Made by a program: the position numbers and the translations under genes. Below the pieces are notes generated by a model. The model was not told the origin of the DNA, made no database searches, and saw only the letters and a program-made list of their open reading frames with translations. A stretch of 64,000 bases of DNA from Raillietiella orientalis (Eukaryota), in assembly GCA_036172245.1 (NCBI GenBank), contig JAYWIR010000005.1:5890001-5954000 (forward strand), written 5' to 3'. Positions 11,947 through 23,858 of this stretch are shown here, one piece after another (positions within the stretch are counted from its first letter, which is position 1; every line of letters starts with the position of its first letter).

Positions 11947-14100
11947 AAAATAACAAGCAAGTGAGTTGGGAAGAAGACAGTTCCCAAGGCAAAAGCAAAA
12001 AGAAAAGTTCATTTGGAGGGTCTACCGAACGCAGGTCAAGATTTCTAAAAGCCCGGAACAGGAGAAGAAACAAATAAATAAAGTGGAGGGTGGGGACGAG
12101 GGTCATTGGTGAGGCCTTGTTTTTGCTTGAAAAGCTGGGAAAGGTCCGGAGCGAGTGGAAGGGGGTAAATTAACAAAAAAAAATAAACTGAAAGCAAAAA
12201 TAAAGGGAGGGTGAGGACCGATGATGGACGTTTCTTCTTACCAAAATCGACGCTGGATGCTGGCGATCTCTCCTTCTTGACTTCTTCTAGGCGAGGCCAC
12301 CTAGTCATTGGTTCTCATATAGACGGCTGCGATACAGATGAGGCACGAAGAATCAGGTCGACGCAAGATAACGATCCCGCCCTACTATTCATCTTGTTTG
12401 CTCCTTCTTCGTGCTCATTGTTGCCGCCTCCTTGAGATGGAACCTGGCAACAGGCGAAACCCGAATCGTGGCGAAACTTCCCTTTCGCACGCGAAATCGT
12501 GAAGCGTTCCCTTTCAAAGATGTGATCTCACCATGCCGCTGTCAAATTCGACACGCTCAGTGGTCACGCCACGGTTGATGACGCGTCGGCTGGGTGTGCA
12601 CCGCCCATGTGCCCCGTGTTTACGGAGGTCCTCGTTTGCCGTGAGTCGCTAGGAGGGAACCCAGCAGTCAGCCGTTCTGATATTCACCTACTCAAGTCGG
12701 CGGCTATGGCTGAAGTAGCAGACTGAGGAGCAAGGACTTGTCTTGTTATCTCCTCACTCCTACCCCCTCCTTTCCCCACGACATCCCTTGCTGCCTCCTA
12801 GGCGCAAAGCGGCGCTAAAGTGCACTCGCTCCAGCGAAAGGTGGTCACTTTTCATCGTGCATCTCTGAGGCATTCTGTGTCAGCAGCTTCCTCTGCCCCG
12901 TTGTAGAGCGAGATCTTGATTGTCCAGGGGGATGCAACTGTGGACGCACCCCGGCGCTTTTTGCACACTCCGAAAGGGCAGCAGCCATATGCCGTCCACT
13001 ACGCCGCGCCTCTAGCGGCAGACTGCTCCAGAGAGACGGGAAGCGTAGCAAGATGCGAGCTCCTTTGCTCTTGCTGCATATACGTGAACTCCCGGTTTCA
13101 TGTGGGCACGTGGGCTGCAGGTACGCCAGTTGACTTTCCGCAGCGTTGCCGATCCGATCCAAACGAAGAGCTCGACAGGCGATATGATCCATCTCTGAAT
13201 CAGAATCAACGGAGAGCCTTTCATCGACATGAGAGTGGAGGTGGAAGAGCAGTGATACCTGAACAGGCGATGGGTTACGCAGGTTCGTGATCGTATATTT
13301 GGAGGAGAGAGCCTGGAGCATCGTCGGGCAGACGATTCTTAACAGGCGCACCTTTGGGACCTCCATCCAAAAACCTTGACGTCCCTCCAAGGCTTCCTGA
13401 ATCGTTCTTTACTATCGAGATGCTGTGATCGGAGCGCCCACCTCTTATTAAACGGAGGCATCCTTCGGAACTCGGCGTAGAATTTAGTAGTGCCAATTCT
13501 CGAAGAAGATTTTTGTTCCATGGAAGTTCGAGCAAGGAAATGGAGGAACGCGCAATGTGGTACCCAAAGCAAATCCATGGGAAGAGGAACACGATCGGAA
13601 CGCGCGAGGGAGGCTTTGTGTGAGACTCTGGGAATTCCGAACAGTGTTGGAAAAAATGAACCCTTCTTTGCCACCAAGAACGGCTCCCAAACCACGCTGT
13701 TACCAGGGTCTTGTGCTCATTGTTTCTTCCCCCCCCCCCCCCCCCCCCCATTGTCATTTCTTTGTTTGAAACCATCGGTTTGGGATCGTTAAGCACAAAA
13801 TGATTGTTCACCTTTGAAATCCGAAGATAATTCTCTCACATGAAGATGAAGGAAGGGGTTGTCGGCAGAGAGTCCGTATATCCATTTGTGTTTGAATCAA
13901 GTGACTACCCTTTGAGGGTTCAGATGCCCAACATAGATTCTCGTGCTTGCGTTCTACTATGCAGACTATCCAGAATACCATTTGATGGTATCACCTGCCT
14001 CTCAGTGCTATCAGTTTCTTTATATAACAGCCGGTAACTTCCTGGTCTGATTTCCAGGAAAAGTTCCTGAAGATTCTCCTGAAGAAAACTCAAATTCTTG

Positions 14101-14379
14101 CATTTCGTGGACAAGTCATTGGTCCACTGTTGACAGAGGAGACAGATGATCATGAACCCAGAAATGGTCAAGGATCCCTGGACCAAGGAGAGCACGAGAA
14201 GGTGGTAGCAGCTGGTAAAGAAGTATAATCCGAAGAAGTGGATGCTCATTGCCAAGGTCCCGAAGGACCTCGGCAAGCAGTGCAAGGAACTCTCGAATAT
14301 CCATTTGGACCCGGAGATCTGCATGGCAGACTGAATTGAGGAGAAAGGCAGCACCATCTACCAGGCTCACGTGAAATGA
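14101..14379 (+). pseudogene. Myb: Intronless c-Myb-family (3R-Myb) DNA-binding-domain pseudogene fragment (end of R1, R2, start of R3)
   Basis: One frame reads HFVDKSLVHC*QERQMIMNPEMVKDPWTKESTRRW*QLVKKYNPKKWMLIAKVPKDLGKQCKELSNIHLDPEICMAD*IEEKGSTIYQAH. This follows Myb ...QCQHRWQKVLNPELIKGPWTKEEDQRVIELVQKYGPKRWSVIAKHLKGRIGKQCRERWHNHLNPEVKKTSWTEEEDRIIYQAH. Stops at 14131, 14206 and 14332. Confidence 0.88.
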
Positions 14380-14389
14380 CTACTCAAAG

Positions 14390-14900
14390 TCCTGTTACGA
14401 TTTGGATGGTATTGGCTTTTGTCTTTGTATAGCAGGGATACTTTGTTTGAATCAGCGGCCACCTCAGCCATGCTTTTGTTTCAACAGAAAACCTGATGTC
14501 CTTTGAACATTTGTTACGAATGTTTCCTCGCTGGGAGAAAGAAACCGCATTAAGATCTTTACAATGATTTTGCATAGCACCATGATCTTTGAGACTGACT
14601 TTCGCAATCCCTTAGTGTCCCATAATCTCATCTACTGCAATACACGTACAGTGATGGTTCAGATCACTCCAGAAAGGTTTTAACTTCCCTGTATACGTTC
14701 TGCAAACTTTGTCGGACACCTGAGGAACCACAAGTTACGAGAGGGTGTCTCGCTACTTAAAAAGTCCTTCCAGTGCAGAATCCAGAGGAAGTGCACGATG
14801 TTCTACTTCGAAGGCTTCCAATGATACCTTTCTTTCGATTCCTGGCTGCATCGTACGCTTGCTACTCGTTCTGCTGTTCTCTTCGCAGCTCCTTGAAAGA
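14390..14900 (-). mobile_element. Decayed RTE-like LINE 3' fragment
   Basis: 'RGNIRNKCSKDI...WLRW' resembles the RTE C-terminal RNxxIRxxxxVxDI...LRW motif; weak. Confidence 0.35.
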
Positions 14901-16049
14901 AACAGATCCACATCCACAAATGATTGACATCTTTCAGGCAGGCATCCATATCATGACCTGTCTACTGCTAAACAGAGCAGCGACGGAGAGATAACAAGCT
15001 GATAACAAGCGGAAACCAACCGAATCTGGAAACCCTCCGATTCTCCATTCAGGATGAAAAATGAAAATTCCGTTTTCAATTCCGTTTCTAGGATTCTTGT
15101 CCTTTGCAGACTTTGCATACTCAGCGGTGTTACCTTCCTCTTTCCGAAGGGAAAGAAAGAGGGGAAGAGAAAAGAAAGAAGAAGACTGGAGCTTCGTGAT
15201 CTGGACTTGGAGTGAATCGTTAAGGGCTTCCGGGGTCTCTATCAAAGTTCGGTTCTTTGAATCCTTGAGCGTCTAATCCCTGGAACACCCAGAACCCTTG
15301 TGCTGAAGATTTTCGCGAATGCCACGTACACGAAGCAACTCGGGATTGTTACGACCTTCGCAGATCAAGGGACACCTGTCCGACTGTCTTCTTGGCAAGG
15401 CTGCCTTGACTTTGGATAATGCGATCCTGGAACATCCCTCCTTCTATCCAACCAAGAAGGAAATGGATAGGGGAGTTAGCTCCACCTCTCATCCAGTGAG
15501 CGACAGTTCTGAGCGAAAATTAAACTTCCAGGATGTGTAAGACGAATGACAACACTGAGATTTTGTTCTTTTCCGTAAACTGCCACAGTACTGGTACCAA
15601 ATCAGTTTTATTCTTTGAAAGCTTGTTCCCATTTTCTTTCTTTCTTCTTTTTTTCAAGTAGCAACTGAAAAGGAAAATCCGAGAATTCTTCTTAGTCACG
15701 CAGCCTGTTATGAGTTTTTCTTCACAGCTACGGCATCATCGAGCGGCGTTATCACTATCGCAACCAACTCATCTTTGACGAAAGATCTTTTCATACTCGT
15801 GCATTAGAGACCCATCTCTAATCGGAGACTCCATACAAACAAGAACAGCAGACTGTCGCCTGCAAGAGCACTCTGCGGTTGCAGGCACGTTCTTTCAAGA
15901 TTCAAGACGCAAACATGCATCTTAGACAGCAGCTGTACTAGTGGTGCCACTGTCTTCATCTGTAATCCCTAGTTCTGCATACTCCAGGTTCATTTAATAA
16001 AGATGGGATTCACAGATATCCATGATCATAATTTTATTCTGCAAGAGCA

Positions 16050-18700
16050 CGCATTCAGAGAGCCATAATAAGTCGAAAGACTTGCCTGCTTTTCGTGCGT
16101 GACCAGAAAAAAGCTCCAAAAGTTCCGTCGGTTTCAGGAAGGACAACGCAATGAAACTGCAAATACCAGAACCACAGGATTGTGGCATTTCTCGGGATTT
16201 AGAAATGGGTTGCATAACACGCTCGAAATGACGCGGTTCCCTAGCAACAGCATCCGTGGACGACCACCGGAAGAAGATCCCTAGACGAGAAAAAGGATAG
16301 ACAGCGACTGGCATTCCAGGGATCAGTCTCCGGTTATCACAGCCCCCCTGCGATTACTGAGATGTTACTTAATGAAGATGCACCGGCACAGAAAAAGGTG
16401 ACAGACTCATATGAGACATGCAACTGAGAACTGCAAAGCATCACACCTGGAAGTATGTCCAAATTCGAGGATGGGGAACAGGTGCTACGCTTGAGGCTTC
16501 TGTAGTTCAAGAATGGCTCCTCACCTCGAAGTGCGATCTGGAGTTCGCAGCCCATTTTCGCCTCTTCAGAGGCCCTACTTTCCAGGAAACATTGAAACGA
16601 ATAAAGTTCTCAGTGGAGACGCAGCACACACGGGATAAGCAAAGTATCCGTTACCAAAGAGAGCTACAATGGCCATTCACCTACGAGCCACATGAATAAG
16701 GCTTAGTGCAGAATTTTGCTATGACCACGCTTTCCAAACAAAAAGTGCATGGCCTAATGCCGCTTTGTTCTGAAACCCAATCGCTGCCGTCGGTGTGCCG
16801 ACAAATAGCCACGCTTTCCCGGTTCGATACAACCTTGCCGATGTAAGAGTGGCTGACATTGAACAGGATCTACACAGACTTCTGCCGGTTGCTAAAGCCG
16901 ACTTCCGGATGGATTGAAGAAGTTTCCTTTGACACCCAGCACATGTCAACCCAACCTTGCACATCGGTCAGACTCCATCTGTCCCCTCGGACTTCATGAC
17001 AAGCAAATGAGACACAAAACTCTATCCGCCAGGCAAGAGGACTTCTTGCATTAAGCGGGAGTCTAAATACCAATGGAATATCGAGGAAAGATACCAACTA
17101 GATATCCAGACAACCATTACCGTCTCGCGATAAAATGATGGCTCTACAGACGTCTGCATACTCAACCGAACAAACCGCAGCCAAACTCTGGACTGCCAGC
17201 ATGATGAAACATCTGGAAAAGTTGATTTGCAAACCTGCCCAAATTCAAGGACAGTTCATTTCGAGAGCCTTTAGGGTTTGCAGGGCAGGGCTGAGCTCCC
17301 GGAAACGCCCATCGGATCACCAGGAGCACGCCCACGCCCCTCCAGAGTAAGCCTACATGCAGTTCTTGTTCGCTTTCTTTGAAAAAGGCTCCCTCCCGCA
17401 CGGTGCCAAAGAAGGAAGGCAACCGGAATAATCTAGGCGAAGTGTCCCGTTCAAAGCATTGCCAATCACATAACAGCCTCACATCACTTCCCTCATCTGC
17501 AGGGCTTCTAGGTATCAGGAAAGCTCACTGCAGTCCCTCCCCTTGTCCTCCTCGTCCATAAACTCGAGCTCGTTGCTGCATGAAACATGACACTGATGAC
17601 TCTTGGAGAAGTCATATGGCTGCTAACACCGGGATGCCGCCACATGGCCCCCGGCGTTGCCTATTTATACCGAACGTGCACATGACCCACAAGCCACAAC
17701 TCTCCGAAACAGCTTGCTAAGCTATGAAAAGTCTGCGAAACAGCTTGGGCGCGTGAGAGAACTATGCCTGTCGGCATTTGAATCGCTTTTCGGACTTTGA
17801 CAGGACCAATGCTCAGCATCCGTTCAACGAAACCCAAGCCGTAAGCCCAAGCAAGCACGGTTCACAGTGAACAATCCCAGAAACGAAGAAGAAACGGCAA
17901 ACAGGTGTCAATGCTAATTTTCCATCATCGCCAAAGCAACAGCCACAACCAGAACCTCACATCTTCAGAGCTCCCTTCACGAACTAAGGTCATGCTTCTC
18001 AGTTTCAAGGACAAGCCACTCTAGCAGAGAAAACGAAAATTGTCCATCATAATACCAAGCATTGTTCAAAGAAGGATCATTATGGACCGCTCATGGATTG
18101 ACGAGAATGTGATCCGACAAAAAAACTCAAGAAGCTTGCACCGGAGTGCTGGGTAACATCGAACAACACCACAGAAAATGAAGCCTTGCAAAAATAAACA
18201 AAACTGTGAACATGCAACCTCCAAGGTGCTAGACGACACACTCGGCGCAGGAAAAGCCAGGCAATCGAATCCAACGGTGATTTCGTGTTCTCGAGAGATT
18301 GGCGGCACAGACTCCTCAACGTCTTGTTTCCACTGCAAGGAAGGGTACACTGGTTCCACGACGGAGGCAGCGATAAAAGTGAGAAATTCCTGCATTCCCA
18401 ATGGGCAATCTCTTCCTCGATCTTCCTCTGCGTGCAATCCCACATCGTGTGGAAAAAAAGATGCCACTTGCGCCTACAATCAAGTGACCATGCCAACTGA
18501 AAATTTTACAGGGTCGTACCGGTGCAGCTACAGTGCTGACGAGCAAACAAAACATGGAAATCTCCAAAGTACCAAAGGAGAAACAAAGTATTCCGTATAC
18601 CTCACGTCTTGGTACTCGCAGACTGGAAGTCTGACCAAGTACTCTCAAGACGGATGGAAGGTCCACACCAACGGAGGCAGCACGAATACTGCGACAGCAC
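16050..18700 (+). mobile_element. Highly decayed Ty3/Gypsy pol (RT-RNaseH-integrase)
   Basis: Collinear remnants: 'QEGQRNETANTRTTGLWHFSGFRNGLHN' (~EEDxxKTAFxTxxGLxEFxxMPFGLxN) at ~16130, 'QIRGW' (~AIxxW) at ~16460, 'KTLSARQ' and 'MEYRGK' (RNaseH end) at ~17020-17090, 'DWRHRLLNVLF...VH' (~DWDxxLPxVLFAYRxxVH) at ~18300, 'RRMEGPHQ' (GPY/F motif) at ~18660. Confidence 0.6.
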
Positions 18701-18999
18701 GAAGTTTCCCCAGACATTCCGCAACACTTTGCTTCTCAGCATCCACTTTTTAATAGCTTCCTGCTTCCGTTATTGTTCTTTTTTTCTTGTTAATTTGCAA
18801 AGGACTGCAAGACTTTCGCGTTCGAGTCAGCTTGTGTTTGCAAGTATTTTACCAAACCTCGGACAGCACGAGCATCTCCGCAGAATCCGCAGGCTACCTA
18901 CCTCCTGCGAGTTTCAGAATTGCAACGAGAGAGGAGAAATATATTACAGGAAAAACATAATACGTAGGAAAACGAATACAAAACAACCTTCGGATCGTT

Positions 19000-19450
19000 G
19001 GGATCCTACAGCTTCTCTCGCTTTCGTACACCCAAGCGGTACATGAACTTAGGTAGCTTGTCATTCCAATAATTTGCATGCACTTCGCAAGCTGAGGTTT
19101 CATTGCTCTGCAACCGATGCAGTACCTTAAATGCACCTTGAAGATAAAAGAGTTCTCTCGTCTGATTACACGCGGTGCAGACAGAATTCTTCCGTCAATG
19201 CCTGCTGCACTGTTAGGATGGAGTGATCTTGCAAAAATAGGTGTAGAAAACGTTTCGCTCTTCCCTTTTGAGCCAGCATTTCCAACAGCTTTCAGGTTCA
19301 GAGAGTGTTCCGCCCCATCGAAGTCTCGCTTCACAAGTCGGCAGCAGAGCTGCTTCCGTTCCCAACCGGATGGTTCACCTGGCAACGGAGCAAGAGTTTT
19401 CAGGGTCCGAGGAAACGAAAGAAGGTCACTGCTGATGCGATGCTCCACAC
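19000..19450 (-). mobile_element. Decayed Ty3/Gypsy integrase N-terminal (HHCC) region
   Basis: ORF 18894-19448 has 'IDGRILSAPRVI...KVHLRYCIGCRAMKPQLAK...GM' (~DGxLLxGxRVVIP...LHxGHxGxxxMKxLARxxxWWPGM). Confidence 0.5.
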
Positions 19451-19777
19451 TTACTAAAAAGTTTTCGAAAAAGCCACATTTTTAATGTTGGGGCAGGAGG
19501 AAAGGAGCGACTGCAAGATTTCTTTCGCAAACGGGAATCTTAATAGTTCAAACCTCTATAGCAGTTACAGGGGCGCACGAGCACACGGTAGGAAATTTCC
19601 TTGCGAGAGGCTCCAAATGAAGACTTGAAATATCAACTCGCAATTTTTCAAGGCTTTCGAGCAGTCCGGGGCTGGACCCGAGAAAACGCCCTTCGACATA
19701 AATGATTTTCAGCCATCTCGTCAGCCAAGCAGCTTGTTCCAAGGATCCAGATTTGATACCACAAGGGGCGAGTGTTT

Positions 19778-22700
19778 TTATCTGCTCAGCCGGAAGGAAT
19801 ACATCTCCATTGGATGCAGGGAAACGTGAAAGCTTTTATGCAATTTCTGACCGTCATGTAGCAGGGTCAGGGTGCTCTGATACAACTCATTATCGAAGAG
19901 CTCTGGAAACAGATCTTCGAACAACACCGTGCCATCCTGCGTCTTGCAGCTCATTCCTACTGGCTTGTAATTGCAGTCGAAACCGCTTCGCAACAGCACC
20001 AGAGCGACGTCGGAGGATGGACGAATGCGTTGGGGGTCACCGGACTGCATCGTTCGTAAATTCACTATTTCTATGTCGCAATTGAGCTCGTTGCCCAATC
20101 CTTTGTATCTTTCGCGAAGGGCCACGGAAGTGTAGGTGCTCATCACCTGGAAAGGGTGTAGGAGGGCGAATGCGGCCAGCTGGGCCGTAAGGGACGGTTG
20201 GGGCTGAGCCGATTTCGGGGCAGCATTGCTTTTCTGGGCAAACTCGACCAGCAGGCGGAAATGGCTGATCGTCGGCAGGTTATCCTCAACTGGTTGTCCC
20301 AGCCCTCTATTATCATCTTGTCCCAGGCGACGGTCCAACATGATATCCAGCTGACCCGACGCGAGGCTGGATACTCCTTGGGGCTGCGATCCCAGCACGG
20401 TCAAACGAGTGCGACTCTGAACATCCTGTATGTATGCCATCGTGGGCATCGGGTAGAAATGGGCTTGCAAGGGGAGTTTCGCGTGGCGTTTACGCTGTAT
20501 CATATAGTAACCATTCAGATCTGTGTAAAACTCATCAGTGGAACGTATGTGAGTTTGCAGCCTCATGGCCACTTCCACATTGGACTCCGACGACAGAAAA
20601 ATCCGATTGCTCAGTTCGACACCGACGCCATCGAGCCCTGCAAAAATGGAACCAACGCATGACCGGAATGTTTTTGAAAAAGGGCAAAAAAAGATGACAC
20701 ACACACATGCACACACACACACACACACATACATACATACATACACACACAAAGCCAACCTGGTGAGTTGTAGACACTGATTCTGTGCTGGATGACTTCC
20801 GAAAGCACGTTAACTTCGCTCTTGAGGGGACCCGTGAAAGCAAGGGACCGAGGACTGTGAAGGAACAGCCTGGTTGCTTCGCCATCGGGCAAGAACAGAT
20901 AGGCGCCGCTGCGTTCGCGACTGTTCTGGACTCCGTACCTCACGAAGCTGACAGACACTTCTATCGTCTTCTTGTCGTCGATGCTAGTAATCGAGCGGAG
21001 GAAACCGTCGCGCCCGATCTTCGCTACTACGTAGGGCGTGCTGAGGTTGATGGATGGCTCCCGCAGGTCGGCCTGTGGGAAGGCACCCAAGCGCTCCTTC
21101 AAGTCATCGCAATTATTCATCCACAATATGGTCGCCATCTTCTCGGCTTCGACGTTGACGACTCTTTCGACCCGGTACGTGGATATGCCCAAGGGGTCGA
21201 CCTCGCATAGGATGCTGAGTTCGAACACTTTGTGGGATATCTTCCCTCGGCGAAGCACGGGGCTGACTTGGAACAGAACTTCCTCATCGTAGGGATGCTC
21301 CTGATCTTCCTGATAGCTGGCGAGGATTTTTTTGTTCTGCGGAGAGTTCGGGAGACCAAGTGGCAGGTTGGAGGTTGAACGGCGAGGGAGGGAAGGGAAG
21401 GCGAGGGAAGGGGGGGGGAGGGGTAAAAAATAAAAAAAAATAAAAAAACTTACCCTGGTGACAGTCAGGTCGGGTGAGTCGACGAGAACGGAGATGACTT
21501 CACTTCGCGACTTTCCGGAAGGGTTGAAGATGACCAGTCGCAGTACCTTCTCCATGGAAATTTGCAGCACGTGTCTGTGCAGAAGTTCCGCGGGACCCCT
21601 GACAACTCCGCTCAAGTTCAAGTACACGGCCTCTTCGCCGAACTGCGTCCTGCGAACGCTCTCCTCTGTGAGGAATTGGGCGGCATGTTGCAAAATGTGA
21701 CCCGACTCATTCAACGCTTGCACCAGCCTATGGAACACACGGCCGAGAAAATGAAAGAAGGACGAGGGAGGAAGGAAGAGGAAGCGGAGGAAAAGGGGGG
21801 GGGGAAAAATTGGTGTCGGTAGTGGGGGTGCAGTCAAAGGACAGGGTTCTTACAGGACTTACTTTTTGGAGTAGTCGTTCATGACGCGGGTGCGAGCGGT
21901 GCCCGTAATGCCGTCGTGGTGCTGAAAGAGAGCATAACTACGTCTCGAACCGACTAGCGATCCGTACATCGAGTTGGCAAGGGTTTCGTAGTTGAGCCCA
22001 TGGTGCGCCAGACCGGCCCAAAACAGGCTAAAGAGGATCTCGGCGGAGCGGAGGCGGGATCCCAGGTGGCGCTCGAGACGTTTGTAAAACGGACGCGAGG
22101 TGTAGTACCCGCTCCAGTAGTCTGCGGCCCGGTCCGCGTAGGTGAAAAAATCGCCCGATAGGCGAGGGAACGCAACCTTCCTGGCATCTTGCTCCGCTTC
22201 CAGGTGAGAGAAGTAGTCTTCCAAGGTTCCGAAGCTGACGTTGATGTGAAAGTCAGTCCGGGAGTTCATGTAGGTGAACAGCTTCTCGTAGTTGTGCATC
22301 TGATCGCGCCACTCCTCCTGGGTGTCGTAGCGGAAGTCGTCCCCCAGGGGCACCAGAAGCGTGCTGGTGAGAAAGAGCTGCGCCTTCTTGAGATATTGGT
22401 CCAGCAGGAGTTCGGCTCGCTGCTCCACGTTTGTCTCGGTAATACGCTGGGGGGGCTTGTTCCAAGGACAGTGTATCTCTGATGGGGGCAACCTTCTGAA
22501 GTCGAACTGACAGCAGACGGACGGATCTGGTCCGCATGTGTGGGGGATGTCGTAGCTGTAGAACGGCATCATGTGGCAGAACACCTCTGATGTCCCTTTG
22601 GCATCTGCCGCAACAGAGCGATGAAATACCACCCGTTTTTCGATCACTTCTCTCACCCCACGCCTGCCTCCAGAAGAACTCGAGCTGCCTGCGCTCGGCG

Positions 22701-23858
22701 AGATGCTTCTTCACACTATAGTGGACGCGCTGGATGACCAGTCTGTCGACGCCGACGCGGTTCAGTAGGTACGCCATGGTAGGGGATAGGCCGAAAGGAT
22801 CGATGGCCCAACCGTTCTTGGCAGTGGTGTTCAGATGCTGCACCAGCCATTCGTGCCCACTGAACAGCTGCTCCAGCATGGCTCCAAAGTAGGCGTTCGC
22901 CTCGTCTGTCATGACCCAGCCGCCTGTCACCACTTCCAGCTGGCCATCCGTGATAAGCCTAAAAGAGAGGAGTGAGGGATGGGCTTCACAAAGGATGAGG
23001 AAGAAGGAAGACGCCTTTCACCTGTGCAGCTTCATCCTCTTCTCAAAATCCGCCTCCCGCCACCAGAGATCCAGGAACGACACCTCCGCCCAGATGAAGC
23101 GCCGTTTCGGGTCCAGGGAGAGCTCTTTGATCATGAGGTCTAGAATGTGCTTGGTCTGCTGTTCGAAGTATTCCTCGAAAGTCTTCAGCCAGCCGGGGTC
23201 GTTGTGGGAGTGAGGAACCACGAACACCCGCAGGGGATTCTCGTTGTTCCATTGTGTGACGTTGTACTGGATGTCCCAGCCCTGCTTCCACACTCCCCCG
23301 TCAAAGTCTTCGAATCCCATACGCTCGTACATATCCAGCATCTGCGCACGAATGAAGGGATCGCAGGATGATGATTCCTTCACTTGCCCCATCCCCTCAT
23401 TCACCTCCACTTCCGAATTGGAACGAAGGTTGACAACAGCATCGCAGTCTTTGTCGCTCACGATCCCGACGCGTTTGATAGAATGGTAGCTATTAAATGT
23501 ATGCCTTGCGACCCTCGGAGGCTTCTTGGAAATCTGCTTGTACGATTCGTTCAAGGATGCTATTTTGATGTGCAACTGGGTGATTATCTTCTGGTATTCC
23601 TCGATCTCTTTTTCTAAATCCCGTAAACGATTGTTCACAGCCTGCAACACCTGCTCCTAATAGGAAAAAGCACCCACATGAGGGAGAAGTCACGAGTGAG
23701 GTGTTTCGGACGAAGAGATGGCGTGAAAAAACAGGTACCTTCTGCGACGAGCCTGTCAAACCATCAAACGAGATCGCTTCCATCCACAGGAAGAGGAAGG
23801 CGATCCCCAAAATGGAAAACGTCGAAATCAGCAAGATGCAGGCGTAATGGGAGCGCAT
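19778..23858 (-). CDS. MAN2A1: Golgi alpha-mannosidase II (GH38), complete, 8 coding exons, ~1148 aa
   Basis: Exons 23858-23739, 23656-23405, 23341-23022, 22958-22657, 22604-21863, 21727-21454, 21336-20760 and 20637-19778. All introns are GT-AG and phase-consistent; total 3447 nt. Type II TM anchor, coiled-coil stem, and motifs [22 protein letters not shown] (nucleophile Asp), [31 protein letters not shown] and [17 protein letters not shown]2A1 versus MAN2A2 is not distinguishable for an invertebrate orthologue. Confidence 0.97.
20697..20751. repeat. (CA)n/(CATA)n microsatellite inside the last mannosidase intron (20638-20759)
   Basis: Directly visible; explains the VCVCV low-complexity stretches in the ORF track. 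Confidence 0.92.

Noticed and set aside
11700..12540. Possible minus-strand gene starting ATG|gtgag at ~12535
   Set aside because: The splice combinations tried hit stops within 1-2 exons; no recognisable product.
12916..13290. ORF with 'SLNQNQRRAF' reminiscent of a Helitron/PIF1 helicase Q-motif
   Set aside because: No Walker A or other helicase motif follows.
13729..13749. Poly-C run giving poly-G/poly-P ORFs
   Set aside because: Simple homopolymer; the overlapping ORFs are spurious.
18178..18753. 191-aa Cys/Ser/Thr-rich ORF resembling a secreted protein
   Set aside because: No signal peptide or splice structure; it overlaps Gypsy integrase remnants.
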